Part shown: positions 1 through 9,163 of the stretch, piece after piece | Layout: every line of letters begins with the position of its first letter | How positions within the stretch are numbered: position 1 is the stretch's first letter | IMG/VR virus record: IMGVR_UViG_3300044961_000667 | Length of the DNA stretch: 64,000 bases | From: a virus | Lineage: Duplodnaviria; Caudoviricetes | Direction: 5' to 3' (one strand) | Notes under the pieces: generated by a model | Databases searched by the model: none | Seen by the model: only the letters and a program-made list of their open reading frames with translations | What the model was told of the DNA's origin: nothing | Translations under genes and position numbers: made by a program

Positions 1-263
1 GTCTTCTTGCTCAGCAGCTTCACCTTCTCGGTGACGATGTCGAACTCCTCCATCGTGAGATCGAACTCGCGAGCGTCGGTCTCGGTCTTCACCCAGTCGG
101 GACGCACGCACTCTGCGCGCACACGGACCCGCACCATCTTGTCGGCGATCTGCCCGAAGTTCCTCTCGTGGTACACGCCCGAGAGCATCCACACCGCCCC
201 CAGGATGCAGAAGACGAACGTCGCCTTCAGAGCCACGACCACCGCGGTCCATGCCTTCGCCAT
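1..263 (-). CDS. hypothetical protein, truncated by window edge
   Basis: AAGGAG RBS then ATG at 263 (MAKAWTAVVALKATFVFC...); frame stays open to position 1. Confidence 0.6.
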   Translation of the reverse strand, partial: MAKAWTAVVVALKATFVFCILGAVWMLSGVYHERNFGQIADKMVRVRVRAECVRPDWVKTETDAREFDLTMEEFDIVTEKVKLLSKK

Positions 264-289
264 GTTGTCTCCTTTGGGGGCCGGCGCCC

Positions 290-580
290 TCAAGCGCTTT
301 GCTTCGCCAGCCATTCCTTGAAGCGCCGCCCGGCCGGACTCAGCGCCTTCACCGAGATGCCGGCTGTTCCGGCGTTCTCGACAACTTCGACCTGGATGTC
401 TCGACCGAAGTCGAACTCCGAGTCTTTGAACTGGTCGGCCGCCGTCCTCATCGCCTTCTCGACGTTGGAACGCACCAGCCGCAGCATCGTCTGCGGGCCC
501 TGGTCCTCACGCACGGCCGACGTCAACAGCTTCTGCTGCTCCACCTGCATCGTCGCCAGAATCTGCTTCACGGTCGGCAT
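290..580 (-). CDS. hypothetical protein
   Basis: 96 aa ORF, TGATG-coupled to the helicase. Confidence 0.65.
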   Translation of the reverse strand: MPTVKQILATMQVEQQKLLTSAVREDQGPQTMLRLVRSNVEKAMRTAADQFKDSEFDFGRDIQVEVVENAGTAGISVKALSPAGRRFKEWLAKQSA

Positions 581-1911
581 CAGAAGGTCACCTCGTCATC
601 ATCGGGCGCACCCTCCTGCGTATGGGTCGGTGCAGTCAACACCTGGGAGGCAGGTCGGAACCCGTCGCTGAAGTCCGAGTCCTGGTACTCAGCCGAGCGT
701 CCCTCTTCGGTGAAGTCCATCATGTCGAAGTCCCATCGCAGGTGGACGTCGAAGCCTTCTCCTTCGCGGAGCTTCATCGGCTTCACCATCATCTTCTTCT
801 CCGCCGCCATGTCGTCGGTCTGCACCATGCCGTACAGGTTGTCGGAGTTCTGGTTGATCGCGTCGGTGAAGCCGACGTTGTCCTGCTCGGCCCCTTCCTT
901 GTCGTTCTTGCTGCCCTTCTTGAACTGCGACGTGAACACGTACGGAATGCCGAATCGTTTCGGCTGCCGCTTGGCCTCGTCCAGCACCTCGGCGACTCGC
1001 GTGTAGCGGTCGTCCTTCTTGCCGCCTCGGGCTCGCTGCTTCATCAGGTAGATGCCGTCGATGAAGACGATCGTCGGCTTCACCTCGCGCACCGCTTCGT
1101 CGACCGCCTCCATCGTCATGTCGAAGTCGCCACCGACGATGTTCAGGTTCGCCTCCTTGATCAGGAGCTTCACCTTCTCCCGCATCGAGTTCTCGACGAA
1201 CTCGCCCAGCTTGCCCTTGCGGAACTGCTTGAACGGCAGCTTCAGGTGCGCGCTGTAGAAGCGCATCGCCATCTTCATCTGGCTCATCTCGGTGGAAACC
1301 ACCAACGGCCTCTCGCCCTGGAGCCACGCCTGCCGCATCATCAGCGTCAGCAGCCACGTCTTGCCGATGCCGGGACGAGCAATCACCCCGACGAGATCCT
1401 CAGGCCAGAAGCCCATCGTCATCTCGTTGATCGACGGCCAGGGAGTCAGGATGCCGTGCGCGCCCGCCTTCATCTTCTCGTAGTGCTCCAGCACCTTCTC
1501 GCCGAGCGCCAGGAGCGACTCGACCTTCGACGCGGTCAACCCCACCTTCCGCGCCGCATCGACGACAGCCAGCATCTCGGTGAAGGCTTCCTGCGGCTTC
1601 CGCTGTTCGAGGCCGACGGTGATCTTCTCCATCCCATCCTGCAGCACGTTGAACAACGCGCGGTTCATCACCTCCTGCTCAAGAAACGGCAGCACCGCGT
1701 CCGACTCGTCGAGGACAATCCCGAGGTTCACCTCGGTCAGCTCCGGGCTCGGCAGCGATCCATGCTCGCCGAGGTACTTCGTCGCCCAGGCGAAGGCCGC
1801 CTTCCCTTCCCCGAAGAGGTGATCCTCGTTGATGCCCACCTTGACGACATGCGCGTACGCCTTGCTGCCGCCCTCCAGCATCTTCCGCACGAACACCTTG
1901 TCGAGGTTCAA
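580..1911 (-). CDS. dnaB: DnaB-like (SF4) replicative DNA helicase
   Basis: Walker A ARPGIGKT, Walker B VFIDGIY, SQF motif, K-x-R (MKLREG); downstream of loader and initiator. Confidence 0.88.
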   Translation of the reverse strand: MNLDKVFVRKMLEGGSKAYAHVVKVGINEDHLFGEGKAAFAWATKYLGEHGSLPSPELTEVNLGIVLDESDAVLPFLEQEVMNRALFNVLQDGMEKITVGLEQRKPQEAFTEMLAVVDAARKVGLTASKVESLLALGEKVLEHYEKMKAGAHGILTPWPSINEMTMGFWPEDLVGVIARPGIGKTWLLTLMMRQAWLQGERPLVVSTEMSQMKMAMRFYSAHLKLPFKQFRKGKLGEFVENSMREKVKLLIKEANLNIVGGDFDMTMEAVDEAVREVKPTIVFIDGIYLMKQRARGGKKDDRYTRVAEVLDEAKRQPKRFGIPYVFTSQFKKGSKNDKEGAEQDNVGFTDAINQNSDNLYGMVQTDDMAAEKKMMVKPMKLREGEGFDVHLRWDFDMMDFTEEGRSAEYQDSDFSDGFRPASQVLTAPTHTQEGAPDDDEVTF

Positions 1912-2597
1912 GAGTCACCTCCACCCAGCAGCCGCGCCAATCGCTCAGCCTCTCGTTCTCGCAAGTCGCTCCCCGAAACCTTCACCGGCAACACGCTGGC
2001 CGTCAGCACCGCGACCATCGACTCGCGGTAGCCACCCTTCGCCGGCTCTACGAAGTCGTCCTGCGTGAGGTTCGTCGTGAGGATCAGAGCCCGCCGCTCA
2101 GCAGAACGCGTGCGCACCACGTCCTCGTACAGTCTTTCGGCGGTACCCTTCACGTCGGACCCCTCCTTGCCGATGTCGTCGATCACCAGCAGGTCCACCT
2201 CGCCAGCACGCTGCTTGACGGTCACGTAGTCGTCGTACATCGCGCCGCTGAAGACCGCGTCTCGAAAGTCGGCCGCCCTCACGAAGAAGGCGCTCTTGCC
2301 CAGCCGCATCGTCTCCTTCGCGATCACCGCGGCGATCGACGTCTTCCCGACACCGTTCTCGCCCCACAACAGCAGTCCGTAGCCCTGGTCGAGCATCATC
2401 GGCAGCGCTTCGAGGTACTTCTTCACCACATCCCGATGCGGACCAGGCTGAACCTCGTCGAAGGTCGACTGCCAGTAGCGCTTCGGAAGACGCAGACGCT
2501 GCAGGTCCGATGCCTTCAACCGGCGCCGCTCAGCCTGGGCCTTCACCACTTGCGGCGCCGCTTCGCTCTTCACGATCTCGTCTGCCATGGCTCTCAC
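1908..2597 (-). CDS. DnaC/IstB-like AAA+ ATPase (helicase loader)
   Basis: GENGVGKT Walker A, LLVIDDIGKE Walker B, LILTTN sensor; lies between initiator and helicase. Confidence 0.88.
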   Translation of the reverse strand: MRAMADEIVKSEAAPQVVKAQAERRRLKASDLQRLRLPKRYWQSTFDEVQPGPHRDVVKKYLEALPMMLDQGYGLLLWGENGVGKTSIAAVIAKETMRLGKSAFFVRAADFRDAVFSGAMYDDYVTVKQRAGEVDLLVIDDIGKEGSDVKGTAERLYEDVVRTRSAERRALILTTNLTQDDFVEPAKGGYRESMVAVLTASVLPVKVSGSDLREREAERLARLLGGGDS

Positions 2598-3721
2598 TTT
2601 CGCTTCGCCCAGCCGATCACCGGCGAGCGTTCAGCGGACTTCTCGTCGAACTCACCCCTCATGCGCCCCGTCTTCTGCTCGGCGCTCTTGTCGCCGAAGC
2701 TGAAGCCCTGGGTCTCGGTGAAGATCGTGTTGCCGAAGCCCATGAGGATCCCGAGCGTCGGGGAACCGGAGACACCCATCCTCGACGAGAGGCTCTCCCA
2801 GTTCTCCACCGCGTACGAGATCCCCTTCTTCACGAGATCGAGCGGGTACTGCTTCAACAGCGTCTTCAGCTGCCCCCGCTCCTTGCCGGTCCACTCGCCG
2901 ATCACCAGCTGCGGGAACTTCGCCTTCAACGCCTGGCGGTAGTGATCCTCGACTTCGATCTCGTCTCGACGCCACGGCTCGACCTCGGCCGGCTTCCCGG
3001 TCTTCTTCCCGCCGCGGGCCTTCTTCGGCTCCGGCTCCGTCCTCGCCCGCTCCAGCAGATCGTGCGCCCCTCTCACGACACGGCGCTCAACCTTGGCCGC
3101 GTGAGCGGCAGCTGTCTGTGCAATCGATTGCGCTTCCGCGGCGCGGAGCCGGGCGTCCCTGTCGTCGGCCGTTGTTGATGCCGAGGGGCCACCGTCACCC
3201 AGGACCTCGGAAGCCAACGGGCCCTGCGAAGCAGGCCCCATTTTCTCTGAGTCTCTTCCCTGATTCTCCTTCAACTGACTCTCTTCCCTTGTCACCCCAT
3301 CCATGAGGTCAGGGTGACCGCGTACGTGCGGTGGGGGTGACCTCACATGTGAGGTGGGGGTGCCATCATCCGTGATGTCAGGGTCCTCCTCGGAAGCTGG
3401 ATCAGCGAACATCCACGGGTGGTCTCGGAACCTGTAGAGACTCGGGAGCCCAGCAGCCTGCCGAAGCTCGACCTGGATCAGTCCGTGGTCCCTCAACTCG
3501 GCGACGTACCTCTGAGCCTGCGCCTCGCTGATCGCCAGCTCACGAGCCAGCGTCTTCATCTTCGGGAACGCCACGCCCTTCCGCCCAGCGAACTGGCACA
3601 GCCTCGCATAGGCCAGCTTCGCTCCAGCCTGGATCTCAGGCCGGCAAAGCAGCCAGTTCGGCACGAACGCGCCGATGAACTGGTTCCACGGGTTGATCAG
3701 TCGTTCCCCATCATTCGCCAT
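2594..3721 (-). CDS. phage replication initiator with N-terminal helix-turn-helix
   Basis: FVPNWLL...AKLAYARL...AFPKMKTLARELAISEAQAQRYVAELRDHGLI is typical of phage replisome-organiser HTH domains; contains iterons; likely start ATG 3721 (ORF track starts at 3766). Confidence 0.8.
   Translation of the reverse strand: MANDGERLINPWNQFIGAFVPNWLLCRPEIQAGAKLAYARLCQFAGRKGVAFPKMKTLARELAISEAQAQRYVAELRDHGLIQVELRQAAGLPSLYRFRDHPWMFADPASEEDPDITDDGTPTSHVRSPPPHVRGHPDLMDGVTREESQLKENQGRDSEKMGPASQGPLASEVLGDGGPSASTTADDRDARLRAAEAQSIAQTAAAHAAKVERRVVRGAHDLLERARTEPEPKKARGGKKTGKPAEVEPWRRDEIEVEDHYRQALKAKFPQLVIGEWTGKERGQLKTLLKQYPLDLVKKGISYAVENWESLSSRMGVSGSPTLGILMGFGNTIFTETQGFSFGDKSAEQKTGRMRGEFDEKSAERSPVIGWAKRK
3241..3383. 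repeat. putative replication origin: four tandem 23-bp dyad iterons (3292-3383) plus a pyrimidine-rich tract
   Basis: Units TCACCCCATCCATGAGGTCAGGG, TGACCGCGTACGTGCGGTGGGGG, TGACCTCACATGTGAGGTGGGGG, TGCCATCATCCGTGATGTCAGGG; adjacent TC-rich stretch at 3241-3291; inside the initiator gene. Confidence 0.75.
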
Positions 3722-3870
3722 GGCCACCTCAGCGCCAGAGTCCCCCTCCGGCAAAGACGGCACCAACCGCTGGCAGCCATCGCTGCCTCAGCCAGCAGGA
3801 AGTGTCGGGAATGAGTCGGCAAGTACCTCACGCCTCAGAGATCGTCAAGAGGATCATGCGGTAAGGCGGA

Positions 3871-4359
3871 TCACTGCTGCGAAACTGCCTCGAAGCCCAG
3901 CTTCACCGCGGTGCCCGACTTGGTGTGCACGAAGCCTTCGCCGTCGCGCCACTGCAGCCCGACGTCTTCACCCAACGTCTTCTGCACCATCGCTCGGGCC
4001 AGCACCGTCACTCGGTGCTTCACCTGCTCGGACTTGTTCGGGTCCTGGTCGCGATGCAGGCTCAGCAGCACGTCCATCTTGTACGGGTGGCTGGATCCCG
4101 CCTTCTTCTCGAACTTCACCGCCACCGCCCATCGACATCTCTCGGGATCGGACGCGTCGAACCTCGGGTCCTTCATGCCCAGCTTCCGCGCCCGCCTCAG
4201 CGTGAACGGCAAGTGCCTCATCACCAACGTGATCCCCGACGGAGCCACGTTGGCCACCGCGGACGGCGGCGGCGCCAGTTCCAGGATGGCCGGGTGCTGT
4301 GCGCCCGCCTTCGCGAACTTCTCGATCAACACCGCCATCAGACTCGCCGACTGGCCCAT
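3871..4359 (-). CDS. hypothetical protein
   Basis: 162 aa ORF with typical codon bias; true start may be ATG at 4338. Confidence 0.6.
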   Translation of the reverse strand: MGQSASLMAVLIEKFAKAGAQHPAILELAPPPSAVANVAPSGITLVMRHLPFTLRRARKLGMKDPRFDASDPERCRWAVAVKFEKKAGSSHPYKMDVLLSLHRDQDPNKSEQVKHRVTVLARAMVQKTLGEDVGLQWRDGEGFVHTKSGTAVKLGFEAVSQQ

Positions 4360-5080
4360 TCGCCTTCTCCCTCTGTTTCGCGCGCCAACGGCGCTTCTCG
4401 ATGTTCGCCTTGTCTCGGAAGACCGGGTCCTCTCGGCGACGTCGCTTCTTGTACTCGTTCTCGCGCTTCCGGTTGTCGCGCGCCCACTTCGCGTCCCGTT
4501 CGCGCTTCTTCTTCACCAGCGCGACCACCCGCGGATCATCGGGCTTCTCTCGCCTCAGCTTCGCCAGCTCCTGACTGCGGCGACGGCCCTGGCACTTCAT
4601 GCACTCGCCACGCGACGCGTGACGCTGGTTCGGAGCCGTGCCGTTGGTGCCGCACACCACGCAGCGATCGTGGTACCGCGACCACCGCACCGTCGGCTGC
4701 CCGTACCTGGACAGGAACACCAGGTCCCGGCCCTCCTGCAGGAAGTCGACAATCTCCTCGAACTGCTCGTCCGAGATGACGTACCGCGTGCCGCCCTTCC
4801 CATCAGCGCGCACCTTCCGCGACTTCGCACGGCGCCACTTCTGGCCCAGCGCCAGCCGCGCTCGCTTCACCTGCTTCCAGTTGTACCCGGTCTCCTTGAT
4901 GATCCGGGCCATCGTCCACGTGCCCTGCCACACGTCGATCCCCAGCGTTCTGCTGCGCGACTTGATGGCCTTCCAGCTTCTCCCAGGCAGCAGCTGCAGC
5001 AGGCGATCTCTCGTCGCACCGCCGGCGTAGTTGAAGAGCAGGTTGTCTTCGGCCTTCGTCCATGACGGCGACTTCGGCAT
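3968..5080 (-). CDS. putative DNA-binding protein (Myb/SANT-like start, CxxC zinc motifs); 3' run-on probably artefactual
   Basis: WTKAEDNLL...LPGRSWKAIKSR, CVVC/CMKC, basic tail; overlaps the next gene by about 390 nt. Confidence 0.55.
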   Translation of the reverse strand: MPKSPSWTKAEDNLLFNYAGGATRDRLLQLLPGRSWKAIKSRSRTLGIDVWQGTWTMARIIKETGYNWKQVKRARLALGQKWRRAKSRKVRADGKGGTRYVISDEQFEEIVDFLQEGRDLVFLSRYGQPTVRWSRYHDRCVVCGTNGTAPNQRHASRGECMKCQGRRRSQELAKLRREKPDDPRVVALVKKKRERDAKWARDNRKRENEYKKRRRREDPVFRDKANIEKRRWRAKQREKANGPVGESDGGVDREVREGGRTAPGHPGTGAAAVRGGQRGSVGDHVGDEALAVHAEAGAEAGHEGPEVRRVRSREMSMGGGGEVREEGGIQPPVQDGRAAEPASRPGPEQVRAGEAPSDGAGPSDGAEDVG

Positions 5081-5083
5081 CGG

Positions 5084-5377
5084 CTACCCCCGAATCACTC
5101 GAATCCTTCCGCAGGAGCACAGCATCCGCACCGAGCCGTCTTCCTGTACCTCGGCGTGCTCAAGAGGCTCACCGCAGCGATCGCATCGGTCCGGCAGGGG
5201 CACCCGCTTCCTCTTCACTTCGAGCGGCCAGAAGAACACGACCTGCACGAAGGCCAGGAAGTGATCTCCAGCGTGACGGGCCACGCTGGAGATCCGCCCC
5301 AGAAAGAACAGCCAGTACACGAAGCCACGGGTGACGTAGAGCACCACGAAGACTCCGAGCGCGATCTTCCAGGCCAT
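5084..5377 (-). CDS. small membrane protein with zinc-finger-like cysteines
   Basis: Two hydrophobic segments followed by CDRC and CSC. Confidence 0.55.
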   Translation of the reverse strand: MAWKIALGVFVVLYVTRGFVYWLFFLGRISSVARHAGDHFLAFVQVVFFWPLEVKRKRVPLPDRCDRCGEPLEHAEVQEDGSVRMLCSCGRIRVIRG

Positions 5378-5421
5378 TCTGAAAGCTACAGCCGGTTTCT
5401 CAGTCGTTGTCTACAGCCGGC

Positions 5422-6210
5422 TCAGAAAGCCTTGTTGCCGTGCTTGAAGCCGCGCGCCCGGTTCTTCTCCAGCTTGGCCGCCACGATGCTCCACATGCGG
5501 TTGGCCGGGTCGAGCTTGTCGCACAGCGCCTCGCAGTCGACGATCAGCCGACCGAACTCTCGCTGCATCTCCTGCGCGTTCGGCGTCTCCGGCTTCCGGT
5601 ACGCCTCCATCAGCCGGAACGACGGCATCACCACCAGCCGCATCACCTGGGCGTAGAAGTGCTCCATCGAGAAGAGCCGCAGGTCGCGCTCCACCTTGTG
5701 CACCCCGACTCGCGTCAGCCCCGTGATGTTGTAGTACGCCAGCTGCGGATTCATCTCCAGCTTCCGCATCAGGTGCAGCACCCGAATCACCACGTCGGCG
5801 AACTCGATCTGCATCCGCTTCACCCACTCCGCCGTCGGCACCGGCTCACCATTCTCGCCGACCTGGCCGACCTCGAACTCCTCGCACGCTTCCGACGCCT
5901 CGCTGGCGCACAGGGCGAACTTCATCCCCAGCTCCAGCTTGTTGCTGAGATCGATGGTCCACCCGTTCATCTCGTTCACTTCCGTCACTTCGTTCGCGAT
6001 CTCGACGAGATTCACGCCAACGGTCGATTCGTTCTGCACTGGCACCTCCAGAGGATGTTGGACTTCCCACGGGAAACAACGAGCCAGCTGCGGGAAGGTC
6101 AGCCGGCTCAACATCTCGTTCTGTTGAGCCCTGCTGCTCCGCGAGTACAGGAGCTTCAGCTGCTCATCCGAGACTGCGCTCAGGTCCTGGGAAGCGTCTT
6201 CTTGGCCCAT
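5422..6210 (-). CDS. MazG-like NTP pyrophosphohydrolase
   Basis: SEASEACEEFE...EFADVVIRVLHL acidic motif; degenerate second half. Confidence 0.7.
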   Translation of the reverse strand: MGQEDASQDLSAVSDEQLKLLYSRSSRAQQNEMLSRLTFPQLARCFPWEVQHPLEVPVQNESTVGVNLVEIANEVTEVNEMNGWTIDLSNKLELGMKFALCASEASEACEEFEVGQVGENGEPVPTAEWVKRMQIEFADVVIRVLHLMRKLEMNPQLAYYNITGLTRVGVHKVERDLRLFSMEHFYAQVMRLVVMPSFRLMEAYRKPETPNAQEMQREFGRLIVDCEALCDKLDPANRMWSIVAAKLEKNRARGFKHGNKAF

Positions 6211-9080
6211 GGCCCGTTGACGACTACGGAATCCTCCGCGCTGTCAACGTCCTCGGGAGCCTCCGCATCAGCCATCTGCTCGTGCAGCTGGCCGAGGACT
6301 TCCGGGTCGAACGCCTCCGCGAGGAAGCGCGAGGGCTCGATGAAGCGACCGAACTTCTCCTGCACATGGGACAGGTGGACCTTGTCCTTCGCCCGCGTGA
6401 TGGCCACGTAGGCCAGCCGCCTCTCTTCCTGAATCTTGTCGGCCGCCATCGACTTGATGTGCGGCAGCATCCCTTCGCCCCAGCCCACGCCGAACACCCA
6501 CGTGAACTCCAGGCCCTTGGAGCGGTGGATCGTCATCAGCTTCACGGTGTCGCTGGAGAGCTGCGCCTCCTTGTCCTTCACCGTGCTCGCCTCGGCGATG
6601 AACTCCATGAACTCCTCGTACGTCCCGTACTGGCGAGCGATCTCAATCAGCTCCCGCACGTTCTCCGCCCGGTCGCTCACCACCTCGCCGCCCCGTTCCT
6701 CCGGCCGCTCGTAGTGCTGCTGCAGCGTCTGGTCGGGGTGCACCGTGCCGCGAACGTCCAGGATGTCCTCGATGATCTCCACCGGCGTCATCGCCTTCAA
6801 CGAGCGCAGGTGGGCGATGTCGTTCGCCAACGACCTGGCGCCACGCTCCATGTACGGCCGGCTGAAGCGACCGTTCAGCGTGCGCAGGGCATCACCGGTG
6901 CGCCCCTTCGCCGCCCGGTACTCGTTCCACCACGCCTTCCCGAGGTACCGCGGCGGCGTGTTGTACGCCCGCTCCAGCGCATCGTCGTCGTTCGGGTCGC
7001 CGATGAGCTTCAGGTACGCCACCACGTCCATGATCTCCGCCCGCCCGAAGAACGGCGCCGAGCCGTAGATGATGTACGGGATCCCCGTCTTCCGGAGCGC
7101 ATCCTCCACCGGCGCCGACTGGTAGTTGCTGCGGTACAGCACCGCGAAGTCCTTCGGCTTCATCCCGGCGTCGAGGCCAGCCTTGATCTGGTCCTTCACC
7201 CACTGCGCCTCAGCCCCGGTGTCTCGGTGAGACACGATCACCGGCTGCACGCCCTCCTCCCGCTGGGTGAACAGCTCCTTCGGGATGCGCTCGGTGTTCT
7301 TCTCGATCAGCCGATTGGCAGCCCGAACGATGACGTTCACCGAGCGGTAGTTCCTCGCGAGGAACAGCTTCTCGACGTTGGGCCGCTCCGCGAACTCCAG
7401 CATGAACTGCGGGACCGCGCCGCGCCAGGCGTAGATGCCCTGGCAGTTGTGCGTCACAATGCCGTCGGCCACGTAGGTGTGATCATTCTCAACCGTCAAC
7501 GAGTACACCGGGCCGCTGTACGACTCGTGCCTGATGACGAACGGAACGTACAAACTTCCGGTCACCCTGCTTCCATCCACCGACACCGCTTTCGACAGCG
7601 GCAACATCTCCATCCCGTCGAACAAGTTAACAGCCCGAACCACAGTGGGTCGGCGCGTCTGCAGATAGGCTTCGCCTTTCTGCCAGAGCGGATAGTTCAC
7701 ATCCTTGCGGTGGGCCGTCAACGCAGCCGCCGCTGCGTTCCGGTTGCTGCCCAGTTTCGACCAGAAGGCATCAAGCTGATCTTGGCTCAGTCGCAGATCG
7801 TTGGTGCTCGCCCTGAAGCACAAAGTCGGAACACCGAACGACCACGCTGTAACCATCTCGGCGAGAGCCGCCTGGTCTCTCGTGTCGTGAACGCTGAGAA
7901 TCCAAACCGCATCAGCCTTTTCCTGGTTGGCCCGGAGAACCACTCCAATGCGCTTGTGCTGGCTGGCCATTCGACCACTGGTGATGCCGATCCGGTAGTC
8001 GTCGCCGCGCCGCATCATGTAGACAACGTGTTTCTTCAACAGCTCGTCGCCAAACCGAACAACGCAGTGATGGTTCGGCGTGTACCGAGACTCCAACCCG
8101 TCCGGCGTACGAACAACAACCAACTCGCCGACGTGAGGCTTCACCATCACCCTCGACACCACGGAACCAGTTCTACGCAGATGGCTGTGCGCCATATCGT
8201 AGCTCACTACAACGTCTCCCTCGCGCACCTGCTCGATTGGCACCTGCTTCATCTCCGTTGGAACACCTTGCTTTCCCCGTCCCAGCGACTTGTACCGCTG
8301 CGTCACCACCGTCACCATCGTCCCCGGCGGCTGGCAGTCGTCGCCGATCATCATCAGGTTGCCGTCCTTCGTCGCCACCAGCTGAGCCAGCTCGATCTGC
8401 GCCTTGTTGTTGTCCTGGCACTCGTCGACCATCACGTAGCGGTAGCGCTCACGGACCTCCGCCCGCAGCCGCTCGTTCGACGAGAGCAGCTTCCACGCGT
8501 AGTAGAGCATGTCGTCGAAATCGAGCACCCGCTCTTCGTTCTTCCGCTTCTCGTACAGCGAGTAGAAGTCCGACATCGACGTCGCCTGGTGGTCGGACAG
8601 CAGCTGCTGCCGCATCTCCTCCGGGCCCATCAGCGAGTTCTTCGCCTTCGCGATGGCGATGATCACGTCCTCCGGCAGCCACTCCTCCGTGCGGTAGCCG
8701 AGGTCCTTGATGACGTTGATGATCATCGTCTTCTTGTTCTTCAGCACCGTGTAGCCGCCGTACCCGTTGTTCCGCAGCAGCGAGAAGCCGAAGCTGTGGA
8801 ACGTCGAGATCGTCGGCCGGCGCCCTCTCACGCCGAGGTTCTCCATCAGGTCGTCGAGGCGACCGTTCATCTCCTCCGCGGCGTTCTTGGTGAACGTCAC
8901 GGCGAGAATCTGGCTGTCGGGGATGCCGCGGGCGAGGAGAGCCACCACGCGGTGGATCAAGCACCTCGTCTTCCCCGCGCCTGGGCCGGCAATCACCAGG
9001 CACGGTCCATCGAAGTGCTCCGCCACCTTCTGTTGGGCCTCGTCGAGACCCGACAGAACCTTCTGCAGATCGTTGCTCAT
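6180..9080 (-). CDS. UvrD/PcrA/Rep family SF1 helicase containing an intein
   Basis: AGPGAGKT, VTFTKNAA, TFHSF, VDECQD, GDD/CQGIYAWRGA, NYRS, VLYRSN, TIHRSKGLEF, EERRLAYVAITRAK; RBS before ATG 9080. Confidence 0.93.
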   Translation of the reverse strand: MSNDLQKVLSGLDEAQQKVAEHFDGPCLVIAGPGAGKTRCLIHRVVALLARGIPDSQILAVTFTKNAAEEMNGRLDDLMENLGVRGRRPTISTFHSFGFSLLRNNGYGGYTVLKNKKTMIINVIKDLGYRTEEWLPEDVIIAIAKAKNSLMGPEEMRQQLLSDHQATSMSDFYSLYEKRKNEERVLDFDDMLYYAWKLLSSNERLRAEVRERYRYVMVDECQDNNKAQIELAQLVATKDGNLMMIGDDCQPPGTMVTVVTQRYKSLGRGKQGVPTEMKQVPIEQVREGDVVVSYDMAHSHLRRTGSVVSRVMVKPHVGELVVVRTPDGLESRYTPNHHCVVRFGDELLKKHVVYMMRRGDDYRIGITSGRMASQHKRIGVVLRANQEKADAVWILSVHDTRDQAALAEMVTAWSFGVPTLCFRASTNDLRLSQDQLDAFWSKLGSNRNAAAAALTAHRKDVNYPLWQKGEAYLQTRRPTVVRAVNLFDGMEMLPLSKAVSVDGSRVTGSLYVPFVIRHESYSGPVYSLTVENDHTYVADGIVTHNCQGIYAWRGAVPQFMLEFAERPNVEKLFLARNYRSVNVIVRAANRLIEKNTERIPKELFTQREEGVQPVIVSHRDTGAEAQWVKDQIKAGLDAGMKPKDFAVLYRSNYQSAPVEDALRKTGIPYIIYGSAPFFGRAEIMDVVAYLKLIGDPNDDDALERAYNTPPRYLGKAWWNEYRAAKGRTGDALRTLNGRFSRPYMERGARSLANDIAHLRSLKAMTPVEIIEDILDVRGTVHPDQTLQQHYERPEERGGEVVSDRAENVRELIEIARQYGTYEEFMEFIAEASTVKDKEAQLSSDTVKLMTIHRSKGLEFTWVFGVGWGEGMLPHIKSMAADKIQEERRLAYVAITRAKDKVHLSHVQEKFGRFIEPSRFLAEAFDPEVLGQLHEQMADAEAPEDVDSAEDSVVVNGPWAKKTLPRT
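7446..8336 (-). mobile_element. intein (297 aa) with GIY-YIG-like endonuclease in helicase motif III
   Basis: Starts CQPPGT, ends VYSLTVENDHTYVADGIVTHN, followed by Cys; internal VVYMMRRGDDYRIGIT; AT-richer codons. Confidence 0.9.
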
Positions 9081-9163
9081 TTGCTCTCCCTTGGTGCCAC
9101 CTGTTGCCCGTTGAGTGTCGGGGTCACCACCAAGCAGATGAAACCACCGTTTCTCCTGCTTTG

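Noticed and set aside
5386-5420. Direct repeat CTACAGCCGG x2
   Set aside because: Too short to interpret; at most a degenerate promoter (TAGACA...TAGCTT with a 19-bp spacer)
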